Below, in pieces: positions 1 to 11,656 of a stretch of 64,000 nt of DNA. This DNA is from Pocillopora damicornis. Its lineage: Eukaryota. The stretch spans positions 372,001 to 436,000 of the forward strand of contig NW_020846747.1 in assembly GCF_003704095.1 (NCBI RefSeq), in the 5' to 3' direction. The translations under genes were made by a program, and so were the position numbers. The notes beneath the pieces were generated by a model. The model did no database searches. It was not told the DNA's origin and saw nothing but the letters and a program-made list of their open reading frames with translations. Numbering within the stretch: the stretch's first letter is position 1; the number at the start of each line of letters is the position of its first letter.

Positions 1-42
1 CATTGCCTCAAGAAGAAGAAGGAGCACTCAGTTCTAACTCAC

Positions 43-68
43 CCATTTATCCCGATCTTGACCACCAT
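43..68 (-). CDS. GAPDH: Glyceraldehyde-3-phosphate dehydrogenase, first coding exon (gene continues off the left edge)
   Basis: Minus strand reads tttcag|GGAAAATACTAACTCGCA ATG GTG GTC AAG ATC GGG ATA AAT GG|gtgagt, i.e. MVVKIGING. This is the GAPDH N-terminal motif (KIGINGFGRIG), with a phase-2 intron in the Gly codon as in vertebrate GAPDH. The full exon spans 43-86. Too short for the ORF track. Confidence 0.88.
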
Positions 69-203
69 TGCGAGTTAGTATTTTCCCTGAAATTAAAAAT
101 AAACATTCTCTGATCAGGTAAAGGAAAGGTTGACCTTGAACAAAACGGTACCGATTCGGAAGGATTTGTAATAAAAAAAAGAATTATTAGCCCAATAACT
201 TAC

Positions 204-560
204 CTCCTAAGGCTAACAGACTTATGCTGCCACGTTCACTGATAGAATGGAACGATTTGGAACCGGCGTTGCACATCGAACTTCAAGTGAAGCTGGTGCT
301 AGCATTTGATTGGTTGAGACGAAGTCAGCTGACCAGGATCGTGAAGCCCTGCACGGAAAAATCACCTGATTGTTGATTGTTGTACTTTTTGTTCAAACAA
401 AGTGAATTCAACGTCACAGATTCCTCGCGCGACGACTTGAGGCGAGATGAGCATGTGTCTCGAGCGTGGTTGCTCATTGCGAAGCACTGGCCGGGTGCGA
501 CTGTTTCTTTGGACTGTATGTGAACAGGGCTCGACCACGTCAAAGTTCTCCGCCAAATAT
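204..560 (-). promoter_or_regulatory. GAPDH non-coding first exon and CpG-rich proximal promoter
   Basis: Consensus donor GGAG|gtaagt at 204/203. CCAAT box at ~309-313 on the minus strand. CpG-rich tract 230-610 against an AT-rich background. TSS not determined. Confidence 0.6.
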
Positions 561-1755
561 GCACGACGGCTAAGGAAACAGGCATGCTATACGGAGAACG
601 CATGGTAACGAAAATAAAAAGAGGGATCTTAATGTAACAGTCCATCAGAGGCAGCTGAAATAAGATTTACTTTAATTCTCATTACCTTTTTGCTGGATAA
701 TGTAAAAATAATATAGGGAGAAACTAAATGTTAATCACTTGAAGGAGGTAAGGGTTAAAACTCTTTGGGCCAGTTATTAAAACAAAGTTTAGTTAATGTT
801 AAGCAAAAACGCATTCTAAACTATCTTAAATTTAGCTGCATAATATGCAGCTAAATTTAAGAAATTCAATATATTATCTGCATATTAATTTTTGTGAAAA
901 GCATAAAGGAGGCCGAAAGTTAACTCATAGAAAGACAATTATTTAATGAAAACAACCCTCTTAAAGAGAATATGCAAGGCCCTCTGCTTGCATAAAACCC
1001 ACAGTTTGAGTTGGACCTCATGTGAATAACAGGCCCTTTAAGTCCAGAAAATGGACAAAATTTGTTATTTGGAAATAATAATAAAAACAACTTGGTATAG
1101 TGACACATTTTGGAAGAATACAAGCCACAGAAAGCCCCTTCCTCTATAAAAAGTAATGCCAACAACTGTGTTGTGTTCAGTAATGTGGTCTGGAGTGTTT
1201 TCTGGTTTGAGATTGTTCAGTGAACAGAGAATTAAACTCTACACCCTAACATCAGTATGCATATTCTCCATACTGTCCTTTGTACATATCTTACTGTTCT
1301 GACAAAAAGAATTTGTTTAACAATAAAGAATTTCTCTGGTTGGTGATCATTTCCTGTATTCCTGTGACCTTACTGTGTGATTGAGGGGGGATTTCATTGG
1401 GAGAATTTAGTTGCAAGTCACTCTACAGCAGAGATTGCAACTATGGAAGTAAATGCTTTACAGTCATTTTCTACAATCATTGTGAACATCATAACTTTAC
1501 CCATTCATTTTCCCACTTCTTCTAAAAGTCTACCATCCATTTATCATAATTTCAGCTTTGGTGATTTGGTGTCAAGGCACATAATCTGTATTTTCTATAA
1601 GATCTTTTTCTTTCTACTCATCACGTGGTTCACAATGTACATTAGTAATGCAAAATCATTTATTTTTTCTCCTTAACAAAGGAAATATTTACAATAAAAT
1701 GTACAAACACTGTTAGCTTTTTATGTCAACTGAAAACAGATACAATGTAAGGTGA

Positions 1756-4700
1756 CTAAAACTTGAGAGTGAATCCAGCAACTGCTGCAGATCCCTTCTG
1801 GGAAGTTGGCATGCGGAATCCCAAGCTACCACTACCACTGTCACCCTCATCTGCCTAAATGAACAAATAAACAAAAAGATAAATTTATAATAAATAAAAG
1901 ATAATAATAAAATTATTCATTAAAATACTGAATCAGAACCACAACAAAGATAGATAAAATACAGCTAATATAGTAAGTTACTAAACAAGAAAAAATTATA
2001 GAAAATGATGAGTCAGTCGATTAGTCAATGAATCACACAATCAGGCAGTAGATCAATCACACAATCAGGCAGTAGATCAATCAATCAGTCAGCAAATCAG
2101 ATGATCAGTCCTGAAGTCCATCAGCCAGTGAAGAGACAGTCCATCAGTCAGTAAGACAAGAGTCAGTTAATCAATACATCAATCAATCATTCAGTCAAAA
2201 GGCAGTCACTTAGTCAGTCATTCAGACAGTAGTTTAGTCAGCCAGTCAGTCAGTGAGTCAGTCAGACAGTCAATCAAAAAGTCAGTCCATCAGACAGTCA
2301 TTTAATCAGTGAGTCACTGAATCAGCCAGTTAAATAGACTAAAAGCCACTTCGTCAATCACTCCATCAGTCAGTTTTTCAGTAAATAAATCTATCGATTA
2401 CTGTCAGCTCTCTTTCAATAACTCAACTTATCCCAGCTATCACTTAGTCAACCAGTCCTTCAAACCAACACATCACAAATCTGTGCCTTGTTTCATAGAA
2501 AATGACAAATTCCTTACTAAGAAACTGAACCGTCTACTACTATTGCAGCAAGAAAGAATCAATAAACTCTGGTACTCACCAGCTTGGCAAACATAGCCCC
2601 TCCCTCAGGGGCTTTGGGACTGTGTTCTACATCTTTTCTCTTGGGCCTTTTTGCCATTTCACTCTTAGCTGGCCATGTTGGAAACATGGAGGGGTCCACA
2701 GGTTGAGGAGATTCCTAAAGGAAGTGGAAAGGAAAAAATCCTTGCTGTCAGAAGAAGGCAAGAATCAAAAGCTTTTGGTAAGTTACCAGAGAGAGCATAC
2801 ACAGCCCTGCCACAAAGTAAAAGGACTTCGTAGACTTTCCGTGATTCTGAGGATATTCATATTTTTGGTTTTGGGGCAGAGTACTTCTCCCTCGTGAGTC
2901 ACAACCAAAAAGGAATCACCTTTGTTTTCTTAGATCTCAAACAACGGACCTTTTTCCTTTGCTCATATTTTCATAAATATTGTTCTCTTTCCTTGTTTAG
3001 TTCAATTACCTGTAATTATGGTTAAAGTAACAGCAGAAACTGATACACTTTATATGCTATCTCCTAAAACGTAATCTATATCATGAGATAAGTATGCACT
3101 TACGGAGAAATATGCATGCTTCAAAGCATCCTCAGCTGTAATTCTTTTCTTTTTGCCTGGATCATATGTCAAGAACCTTGAAAAAGATTGAAAGTTTTCC
3201 TTTAAATACATGTAACATGACAACAAATTCTCTCAACAAATTAACAAGGAAATGAATAGCAGCCACAAAGGAAAATTTGAAGTGGATGTTAGGAGTTGAA
3301 GCTTCACCTGTTTAACAAATCAAAGCCTTTGTCTGTGAGGTAAGCTCCAAACCTGTTTCTCAAATTGTTGTAAGGATAGTCGGTGAAGGTCATCTAAAAG
3401 TAAAAACATTTGAATACATTCAATAACAGACTAAATAAATGAGTTATAAGAACTTTCTTTTGTACAAGTTTGGAAAATTCAGAATGAGACTTTTTATAAC
3501 ATCGAAGTGGCTCTAAGAAAAACTGTACTTGTCCATGAAAAAAGACAGACCAAAGAGTAATTAAAACTAATGCTGCTTTTTAGTGGAAAGCAATCACCAA
3601 AAATGGTTACTGGAAAACCCAAAATTGAAGTGAAGTAGCCATATAAAAGTTAAAATAAAAACCAAACAAAAAACAAAGTTGCCTGGTAATTGTTTTTGGA
3701 GAAAGGAGAAATTTTCATAAAAGAAAAACAAATGGAGCTTAAAATAATGTTATTTTTAAGCATTAAATTTTTATGTCAGTCTACCTTTGGACCATCAATA
3801 AGGGAAGCTTGTCACATGACCACAGAGTACTGAGGTTACCAACTGAGAGACATATGCTTCAAATGTAGTTACCAATTAAACAAAAATTTTTCGTTATTCA
3901 AAAGAGTTACAACTTGGAGTTTAAGTGATCAGGTGAAAATATAATAACTGTTATTAGTAATAAATGTACCTTCTGTACTGCTGGAAGCTCTGAATACGAT
4001 GGAGGACCTGGCCAAATTTTGTCACTTGGTGTGCCAAGCTCCTAAGAAGGAAACAAAATTATCAAACACTCATGTTTAATCAATCTTGAAAAGAGCAACT
4101 AATGATCATAATAATGTTGTCTTACTTTAAATATTCTGTTGATCTGGTCTATCTCAGATTTGCCAGGAAACAATGGCTTCATGGTCAATAACTCTGCAAA
4201 TATACAACCAACAGACCAAAGATCTATGGGGGTGGAGTACTCCTTAAAAACAAAACCACAAAGACCAAAATTAATGTTATTTGATATTTTTCTCATTAAT
4301 AAATGAACTACAATAGAACAAAAAGTAAAATATTTTGAGATACATGTTTGTATCCAAGTTCTTTTCACTACTAGGTACATTTTTGTTTCCTAAACCACAA
4401 GAGAGAATCCAAAACTTTGTGCAACATTGGGCAATGCACTATTCTCCTGACCACACCTTGGCTGTGAAATAAGCATTGTGGCTAACTCTGTTTTGGAGGT
4501 TGATGTGACATCTGCATGTACAAGCATAATGTACTCCAACAATAAAGAAGAAAAGGGCAAATCTTTATGAAGCAGAGTTATAAAGCAATCTTTATTTTAT
4601 GCAACTTTTGTTTATCTCACTTTAACATCAGACCACCAAAACTACATAATTTTGTAAGTCTTTAAAATGTTGCAGCCTGCTGCCAAAGATAAGTCACCAA

Positions 4701-7700
4701 ATAAGCAAACTTCACTGCAAACTTAGTTACCAAAATCTTTTTCAACTTTCCAGAGCAACAAAAACACTTGCAGCTTGAAGCACTGTACTACCATGAAGAT
4801 AGCTGTGAAGTTGAATATCAAGAAGAGAAAAGAGTACCTTGGTGCCCAACAAGAGTTCAGGGGCTCTGTACCACAGAGTCACCACAACAGGAGTGTAGTT
4901 TTTCAGTGGAGAACCATACTCCCTTGCAAGTCCAAAATCACCAACCTAGAGAGAATTGATACAAACGCCACAGTGGATATGAAGGTGCACTACAATAAAT
5001 GCTCAGATTTACCAGCTCATCAACAAACTACTGCATCATGCAGTACTTAAGTATATGAATGCTATTAATTTCATACATGTATGCCATTTTAAACATTTTT
5101 TACTGCAGTTTCCCTTAAAACTATTTCTTTGGTTTTGCATTCTTTAATGTTAACAAACCTTCAAGATTCCCTTATTACTGAGCAGTAAGTTAGAGGCTTT
5201 TAGATCCCTGTGCAGTATCCAGTTGTCATGGAGATGAGCCACAGCCCGTAGAAGTTGAATCATAAGAGTTTTGATTTCACCTAAATATATGAAAAAAGAA
5301 AAGTTTACTCATCATGTGAAAATTTGTTACTTGTTACATATCTTGCCAGTCTAACAATTAATCTTCATAGATATTTTTAAAGTACCAATACATACATTTG
5401 TACAGTCATGTACATCAAAGATTAAAAAAAGGGCCACTAATGTGCTGAGTAATAAATTTTAGAGGACAGAAACGAGGACAAGGTCAATTAGGTTTAAAGG
5501 CAATAGGACTTTAAAATTTTGTCACAAGTTATGATGAAATGAAAAGTCCAACCTGTGCCACACAAAAATTTTTAAGAAATTCATGACAAAAATAACAATA
5601 ACAATGACACAGTTCCACCTAAATTATCACGACCTCCATTACCCAGATTTTTCGATTACACAGACTTGTTTCTCTGGTCCCATTGTCTACAAACATCTAT
5701 ATTCATATTTTTTTTATCCAGACTCTCAATTATCCAGGCTATTAAGCTCAGTCCTAATGAGTCACGATAACCAAGGTTCGACTGTAATTTCAGTAATAAT
5801 AATAAACAAATTTCCATCATGATATTTTTCTTCAACTGCTAAATTGCAGTGTGAAATTACTTACAATGTAGTTTTATACTGTATATTACACATTGTACAT
5901 TGAATGAAGACTGAAATAAAAGCATTAATTAAAAATTGATAGACCTATTTTGAAGTCTCATCCAGTGCCTCTTTTCAATTCAATGCAAAAAAGTAGCTTA
6001 CCTATTCTGAATCCCTGTGTCATGTGCTCCATAAGAACTTTTAGATCATGTTCAACATAGTCCATTACAATGTATATCTTGTCCATATTGCTGCCTACAA
6101 CAATTTCCTACAGAAAGAAGAAAAAATAAGCATTTAAATAGAGAAAATTAAATAAATTTAACAAGTAATATTTCTTTGGTTTTTGTAATTATGTTCACTT
6201 TTCAACATTTCTGTCTTCTTTCTTTGGCATATCCCATATTTTCATTCTTAATAACAATATCCATTTTTCTACAGAGAAATATGAAAGCATATTGACCAGT
6301 ACACTTACTCTAACTGTGACAATGTTCGGATGCTGTGCTTTCAAAAGAGTGTTAATTTCCCGTAAAGATGTGATTGGAAATCCTTCCTTCTCTCTTTCCA
6401 TCTTCAATTTCTTCAATGCAACTATATCACCTGTTGACATAAAGAGGAGGGGGGGTTTAATAAATGAAACAGGTGATAACAGAAAGACATTCATCCACTA
6501 GAGGGTGTTTACTAATTTTGATATAACACTCTTGGGGTAAGAGACATGGTGGCTTTGTGGTCAGTGGGCTTGACTGGAAAGGTCTAGATTTGAGATATGG
6601 GCTTGTCATTGTGTTGTGTTCTAGTGCAAAACACTTTCACCTCAGAGTTCCTCTCTCCACCCAGGAGTATACATGTAAATGGGCACAGGTGAATTGTCAG
6701 GAAAGGCTGAAGAAATGCTCATGGGTAACCTTTTGATGGACTGGCATTCCATTCAGGGGGGAGTAAAAATACTCCTTGTTGCTTCATGCTATGGGAACTG
6801 GGATCAGCTCTGGCTGGATAGGCCACTTGGCTAAAATACAGACTTCACCTTTTTAATGCTTGGGGTACGAGACTGGCCTATCATTAGCATGTTGAAAGGT
6901 AAACTGAGAGATTTGGAAGTTCAAGATGTGGGCATGTCATTGTGTTGCATTCTTAGGCAAGGCATTTTACTCTCAGAGTTCCTCTCTCCAGACAAGAGTA
7001 GAAATGGGTACAACTAAGTTGGAGAAACCTGACAGAATTCTGGACTAGCATTCCCTCCAGGGAAAGAAGTTAATTAGCTGAATTACACAATGTATTTGAC
7101 TGGTTGTTACTTATTATCAACTGGAAGATAGATGTCTAGATGACATCACCATTAACCCTTTACACCCTCACATCAGTACCAATATTCTCCACACTGTTCT
7201 CTATAAATTTCCTAAGGTGCTGACAAGGAGAATTTGTTTAACAATCAAAAGCTTCTTTTGTTGGTGATCATTTTCTTTATTTTCATGATCTTAATGTGTG
7301 ACTCAGGGGTGATATTGTAGGGAGAAATTAGATGCTAGTCACACTTAGGGGTTAAAGGGTTAACAACAGCTTGCTTTTTTATCATACATGTATAAACATA
7401 TAAATTCCATGTTGCTGTGGGTCTGTAATACACAGTAGATCACAAGAAGATGCCAAACAGTGGCAAGAATATCAGTGACATACTCAGCTGTGCCTCGTGT
7501 GCTGCTTACTGTATTTTGTTCCTACCTTATTTTTATTTCACCTGTGATCTACATGTATTACTGAACAGGTGCACACCAACATGCAATCTATTTGTTAAGT
7601 AACAATCTTGTAAATTATACATGGAAGGAATGGTGTCTAAGAGGGATAACTTGTTTAATAAATCACATTTTTAATGGTCCACAACACAACAAGAATCAAA

Positions 7701-10673
7701 CCTGTTCTTTTGTCTTTAGCTCTGTATACAACCCCATATGTTCCCTCTTCAATTCTATTCAACCACTGAAACTCTTCCACATTCCTACAGCCACGAACAG
7801 CTGGATAGTATGGAGGGAGTTTGGTTTTTTCTTCTTCCTCGTCATCTTCTTGTTCACCATCAGAAAACTTCATTTCAACATCTGAGGGAACACCTTGTTT
7901 TTCATCTTCCACACTACTACCCTCACTTTCTATGTCAACAACTTCGTTAGTGAACTGTCTCCTTTCACGATCTGTCAGGATCAGTGACTTTCCTTCCTCT
8001 TTCTTTGGTTCATTTTGGGGAACATCTTCTTCAACATCTTTACTCTCCTTGTTACTCTTCTCCGAAGCAGAACTACTCCTTTTGCTGCCACTGTAGTTTT
8101 TCCTATCTTTGCCTTTTGTTTCACGGTTCGAAGAGTCCTCAGTGGAAGACCTGACACGCTTCTCTGAGTCCTTGCGTGATCTGTCTTTTTTTCTTCTCTC
8201 CACATCCATCTTAGACTGTTTTTCTCTTGCATCTGGTCTCTCTGATTTCAGCTTAGTGCTATCCTTTGGGTATGATCTGTGCTTATCGCGACTTTCTTTA
8301 TGTTTAGGAGCCACTGCAACCTGATCAGATCTTCCCTTCTCGTAAGATCTTCCTTTACTTTTGCTTTGTGAGTGTCGACTTTCTGTATCACCTTGATACT
8401 TTACTTGGCCTTTTCCCTTCTCCCTGACCCTTTCTTTATCACCCCTCGCATCAGAGGAGCCTTGTCCCTTTCCTCTGTGTTCTCTTTCTTCATAATGATG
8501 TCTCTCTGTTTTCAGTTTATGTCTATGTCTCTCATCACCTGGTCTTTGACGTTTAAGCTGTTGCAATTCCTTATGAAGATCTTCTGTTTCAAACTCTTCT
8601 GTCTTCATGGTTTCAGTCTTTTCCACAACTTCTTTGTTTACTTCTTCTTGTTCACTTTCTTCTGAACTGTCACTCTCACTTTCATCTTCTTCACTCTCCT
8701 CTTCCTCACTTTCCTCCTCACTGCTGTCCTCTTGTTCGCTAGAACTTTCATCACCCTCATCATCGTCATCATTTTTTTTTGAAACCATCTCTTTTGGCGC
8801 ACTTTTCTTTACCTCAGGTTCCCTCAGCTGCTTTACTTTGCTTTCCTTGTGCTCACTCTTAGAAACTGCTTCCTCCATCTTCTCATCTCCATCATCGTCA
8901 TCATCATCACTACTACTCTCTTCACTATCACTTCCAGATTCAGAGACACTGCTTTCTTTCTTCCCCTCTGCCATTTCCTTCCTCCCTTGCAGAACTCTCT
9001 TGGTGGCAGTTGCCGTCTCAGTGTCTTCTTCACTTTCTTCTTCATCAGAATCTTCTTCTTCACTTGATTCATCTGTCTTCTTTTCTTGTGTTACATCTGC
9101 ATGGATAAATTTAAATAACAATAATTATAAACAAGAGTGCTGTAAAGCCAAACAGACCCAAAAGAGTTACAGTTTGAAAACCCGATGGTGTATTAAAGCA
9201 AAGTATATCGATCGACATGACCTCAAACTCATTTATTGATACCATTTTAATTATCATGAGCCTATTACTGCCGAGAACTGATTGTTAACTCTCCCTTCCC
9301 CCTGCTACACATTACCTTGTAAATTAGTAACAAGAATTTGGTGTTAGATCAAGATATCAAATCCACCTGATAAGTTTGAATATTCTTGTTATCTGTTTGC
9401 TATATAGTGTATGAATATTATAGGGAGAAGTTACATGTTCATCACTTCTGGGAGTTAAAGGGTCGAAGGGTTTGAGAGCCCACTACTGTATTCTTACCTT
9501 TACCTCTTTGTTCTGTGGCATCATGTTTCTCTTCAACCTCAGGATTACTAATGGATGAGTACCTTCTTGATCTGCTCTCACTCCTTCTACTTTCAGAATC
9601 AGATGGGTCGCTCACAATTTCACCTTCTTCTTCTTCTGTTTTCCTCCTCCTGTTCACCTGGATCCCACTGGTTCCACCATCATGATATGAGGGTTGCTTC
9701 AACTTTTTTGGAGTTCTACTTGGTGATGAAGCTGAAATTTTAACAATGATTATTGAAATACATATTACAGGGCTCATACAGAGCAAGAATTTCCTCTCAC
9801 TTTCCAGGCGGAGTTTACAGGTACATGTGTGTGTATAATCACATGGCTGGGGAAGAATAGCAGTTTTCGAGCAGCAAGTAGGCTGCAATCTTTTGGTTCC
9901 CCATGGAGAGAAGACATAAATTTGGCTAGTAAATGTTCAACCAAAGTTTTCAAACTGGCTACCTGAGAACAGCAGCATATCAAAAGCAAGTCGAAGTTTT
10001 TACGCCTGTATTGATTGATGTTCATGATATAACTGGAGGTAAAACGTTTGCAAAAAATTAAATTAATGATCCGTCTTGAAAACTTCCTACTTTCGTCTAG
10101 CTTGTCCAAGAAACAAGCCTTGTGAGGTCCTGTGAGCATGCAGAAAAGAGCGACAGCTAATACTAGACTTTTACTTCGAGGGAGCTTTGGTAACTTTACC
10201 TCTCTAAATGGCGACATTGGAAAAATTGGGTTAGAGCCCAGTCAAAAGGTTGCCCAAAACTGAACATTATCTGATTGCGCTAGTTAAGTGTGTTGGCCAC
10301 GATAGAAGACAAGTAATCATTTGTACCTGATCTACCTACCTGAAGACAAACTAGTTTGCTCAGGACTAAGCTGGTAAATGACTTCGCTTTCTGTTCCCTG
10401 AACCGCCGGAGAACTTTGTTTCGAGGAAGGCTTCCGATCTCGTCTGGCTGAATCTACTGGGCTAGCAGTTCCCGAATTGTCAGTTGGTGATCCATTGCGT
10501 TCCTCTCCGGAGGCATCATCTTTTTCAAGGCGTCTTCGTTTTTCTAGTCGAATTTCATCCAGAGTTTTTATCCGAAAACGTTCTTCCGCCTTGTCCAGGC
10601 TGTCATCTTTTTCATCGTTGATTTCTGACTCAGCGGGTCTTTTGAGGCTTGGCTTAGAAGGATTTGAAGACAT
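1756..10673 (-). CDS. CDK11: Cyclin-dependent kinase 11 (PITSLRE kinase), 13 coding exons, ~1000 aa
   Basis: Exons 10340-10673, 9498-9731, 7702-9096, 6309-6430, 6002-6107, 5159-5280, 4838-4945, 4126-4242, 3970-4041, 3308-3393, 3104-3176, 2580-2714, 1756-1854. All GT-AG and phase-consistent (3003 nt). Motifs: [71 protein letters not shown] and C-terminal GFTLKF*. Long acidic and Arg/Lys/Ser-rich N-terminus. Confidence 0.96.
2010..2400. repeat. Degenerate (CAGT/CAAT)n tetranucleotide simple repeat in the last CDK11 intron
   Basis: Runs of tcag/cagt/caat, e.g. agtcagtcagtgagtcagtcagacagtcaatc. Confidence 0.85.
5610..5786. mobile_element. Degenerate Tc1/mariner-pogo-type MITE
   Basis: Left end cagttccacctaaattatcacgac and right end gtcacgataaccaaggttcgactg-ta form imperfect CAGT-initiated TIRs; TA at the right end. 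Confidence 0.55.
6545..6850 (+). mobile_element. tRNA-derived SINE, near full length; second partial copy at ~6915-7070
   Basis: tRNA-like head (ggtggctttgtggtcagtgggcttgact), then cattgtgttgtgttct..gcaa.acacttt, ctctctccacccaggagtat..aaatggg and gatggactggcattcc..gggggagta. The same body recurs at 14700-15305 (-), ~25480-25650, ~30340-30430 and ~52455-52600. Confidence 0.7.
7152..7363. mobile_element. piggyBac-type MITE (TTAA-flanked, CCCTTTA TIR), complete copy
   Basis: TTAA-CCCTTTACACCCT...AGGGGTTAAAGGG-TTAA. Related copies at ~660-760, ~1231-1420, ~9284-9462, ~11097-11311, 15634-15839, ~29041-29240, ~36317-36520, ~41005-41206 and 54420-54632. Confidence 0.8.
7395..7600. mobile_element. 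Palindromic (fold-back) interspersed element
   Basis: Arms attccatgttgc...gatcaca..aagatgccaaa and cacctgtgatc...caacatgcaatctatttgtt are self-complementary. Homologous copies at ~47770-48030 and ~53345-53600. Confidence 0.7.
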
Positions 10674-11656
10674 ATTGCGCTGAAATGATCAGGTGAAGTA
10701 TCACTGATCTGAATGTTAACAATTCATTCGAGAACTACAGGCCGCACGACCGCCATCACTACGCTCTTTACTCGTTCTCATTCTTCTTTGCAGTGTGCGA
10801 GGATGCTAAGCTTCTGGCATGAATTGAAGGTACGTAACGCGTGCAAAAACAGGCAATTATGGTACTGGAAATTTCTCAACAGTACAATTAAAGAAGACTC
10901 AATTGATTAATCTCGGGGCTGTCTAAATTAAGGAAACGTGCAAAGTAGAGTGCTTTCTAACACGGTATTTCAAAACTGTTAAAAAAGATAAAATAAAAAT
11001 ACAAATTGGAGTATTAATTACAGGGCTGTAAGCCACCATTTAAAATAAGACATTAATATTCACATTATAGGACCAATGAAATAATCTGATCCACCATCCT
11101 TTTACATCCTCATATCAGTATGCATATTCTCCATACTGTTCTCTACTGATTTCCTTGGGTACTGACAGAGAGAATTTAATTTTCAAACAATCAGAAGCTT
11201 CTTTAGTTGAGATGATCATTTGCCTTATCCTCTTGACCTTAATGTGGTATTGAGGGGTGATACTCTGGGAAGAAATTAAATGCCAGCGACCCTTAGGGTT
11301 TAAAGGGCTTAAATGAGATAATGCCTCAATAGATATTTTTCAGGTGCTTGTTCCTTTCCTGCCATAATTTGTTCCAGTTGCGCATACAGAAACAAATCCA
11401 CACAAAATATAAGATGACTTTTATTCTAGTTTTATTCACTTCTCCTTCCTACAGGAAGTAACTTTTAATTAGTTAGCATATTCACTTTACTTTTTTGTTC
11501 AATATTATAAATACAGAAAATTTTCAGGAAATACTTCCCAAAATTGTTTATAATTTACTCTAAAAAGCTTATTTTACTTGCCAAAAAAAATCAAGGCATT
11601 TTTCTGACAACAAAATAAACTTTGGTGGGCTTATCAAGAAATGCTTTTTTGGAAAA

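Noticed and set aside
325-645. 106-aa and 64-aa minus-strand ORFs, with in-frame TGA codons considered as possible selenocysteine
   Set aside because: No recognisable protein or SECIS. The region is better explained as the CpG-rich GAPDH promoter.
8607-9239. 210-aa Ser-rich plus-strand ORF and neighbouring plus-strand ORFs
   Set aside because: Antisense shadow of the Glu/Ser-rich CDK11 exon.
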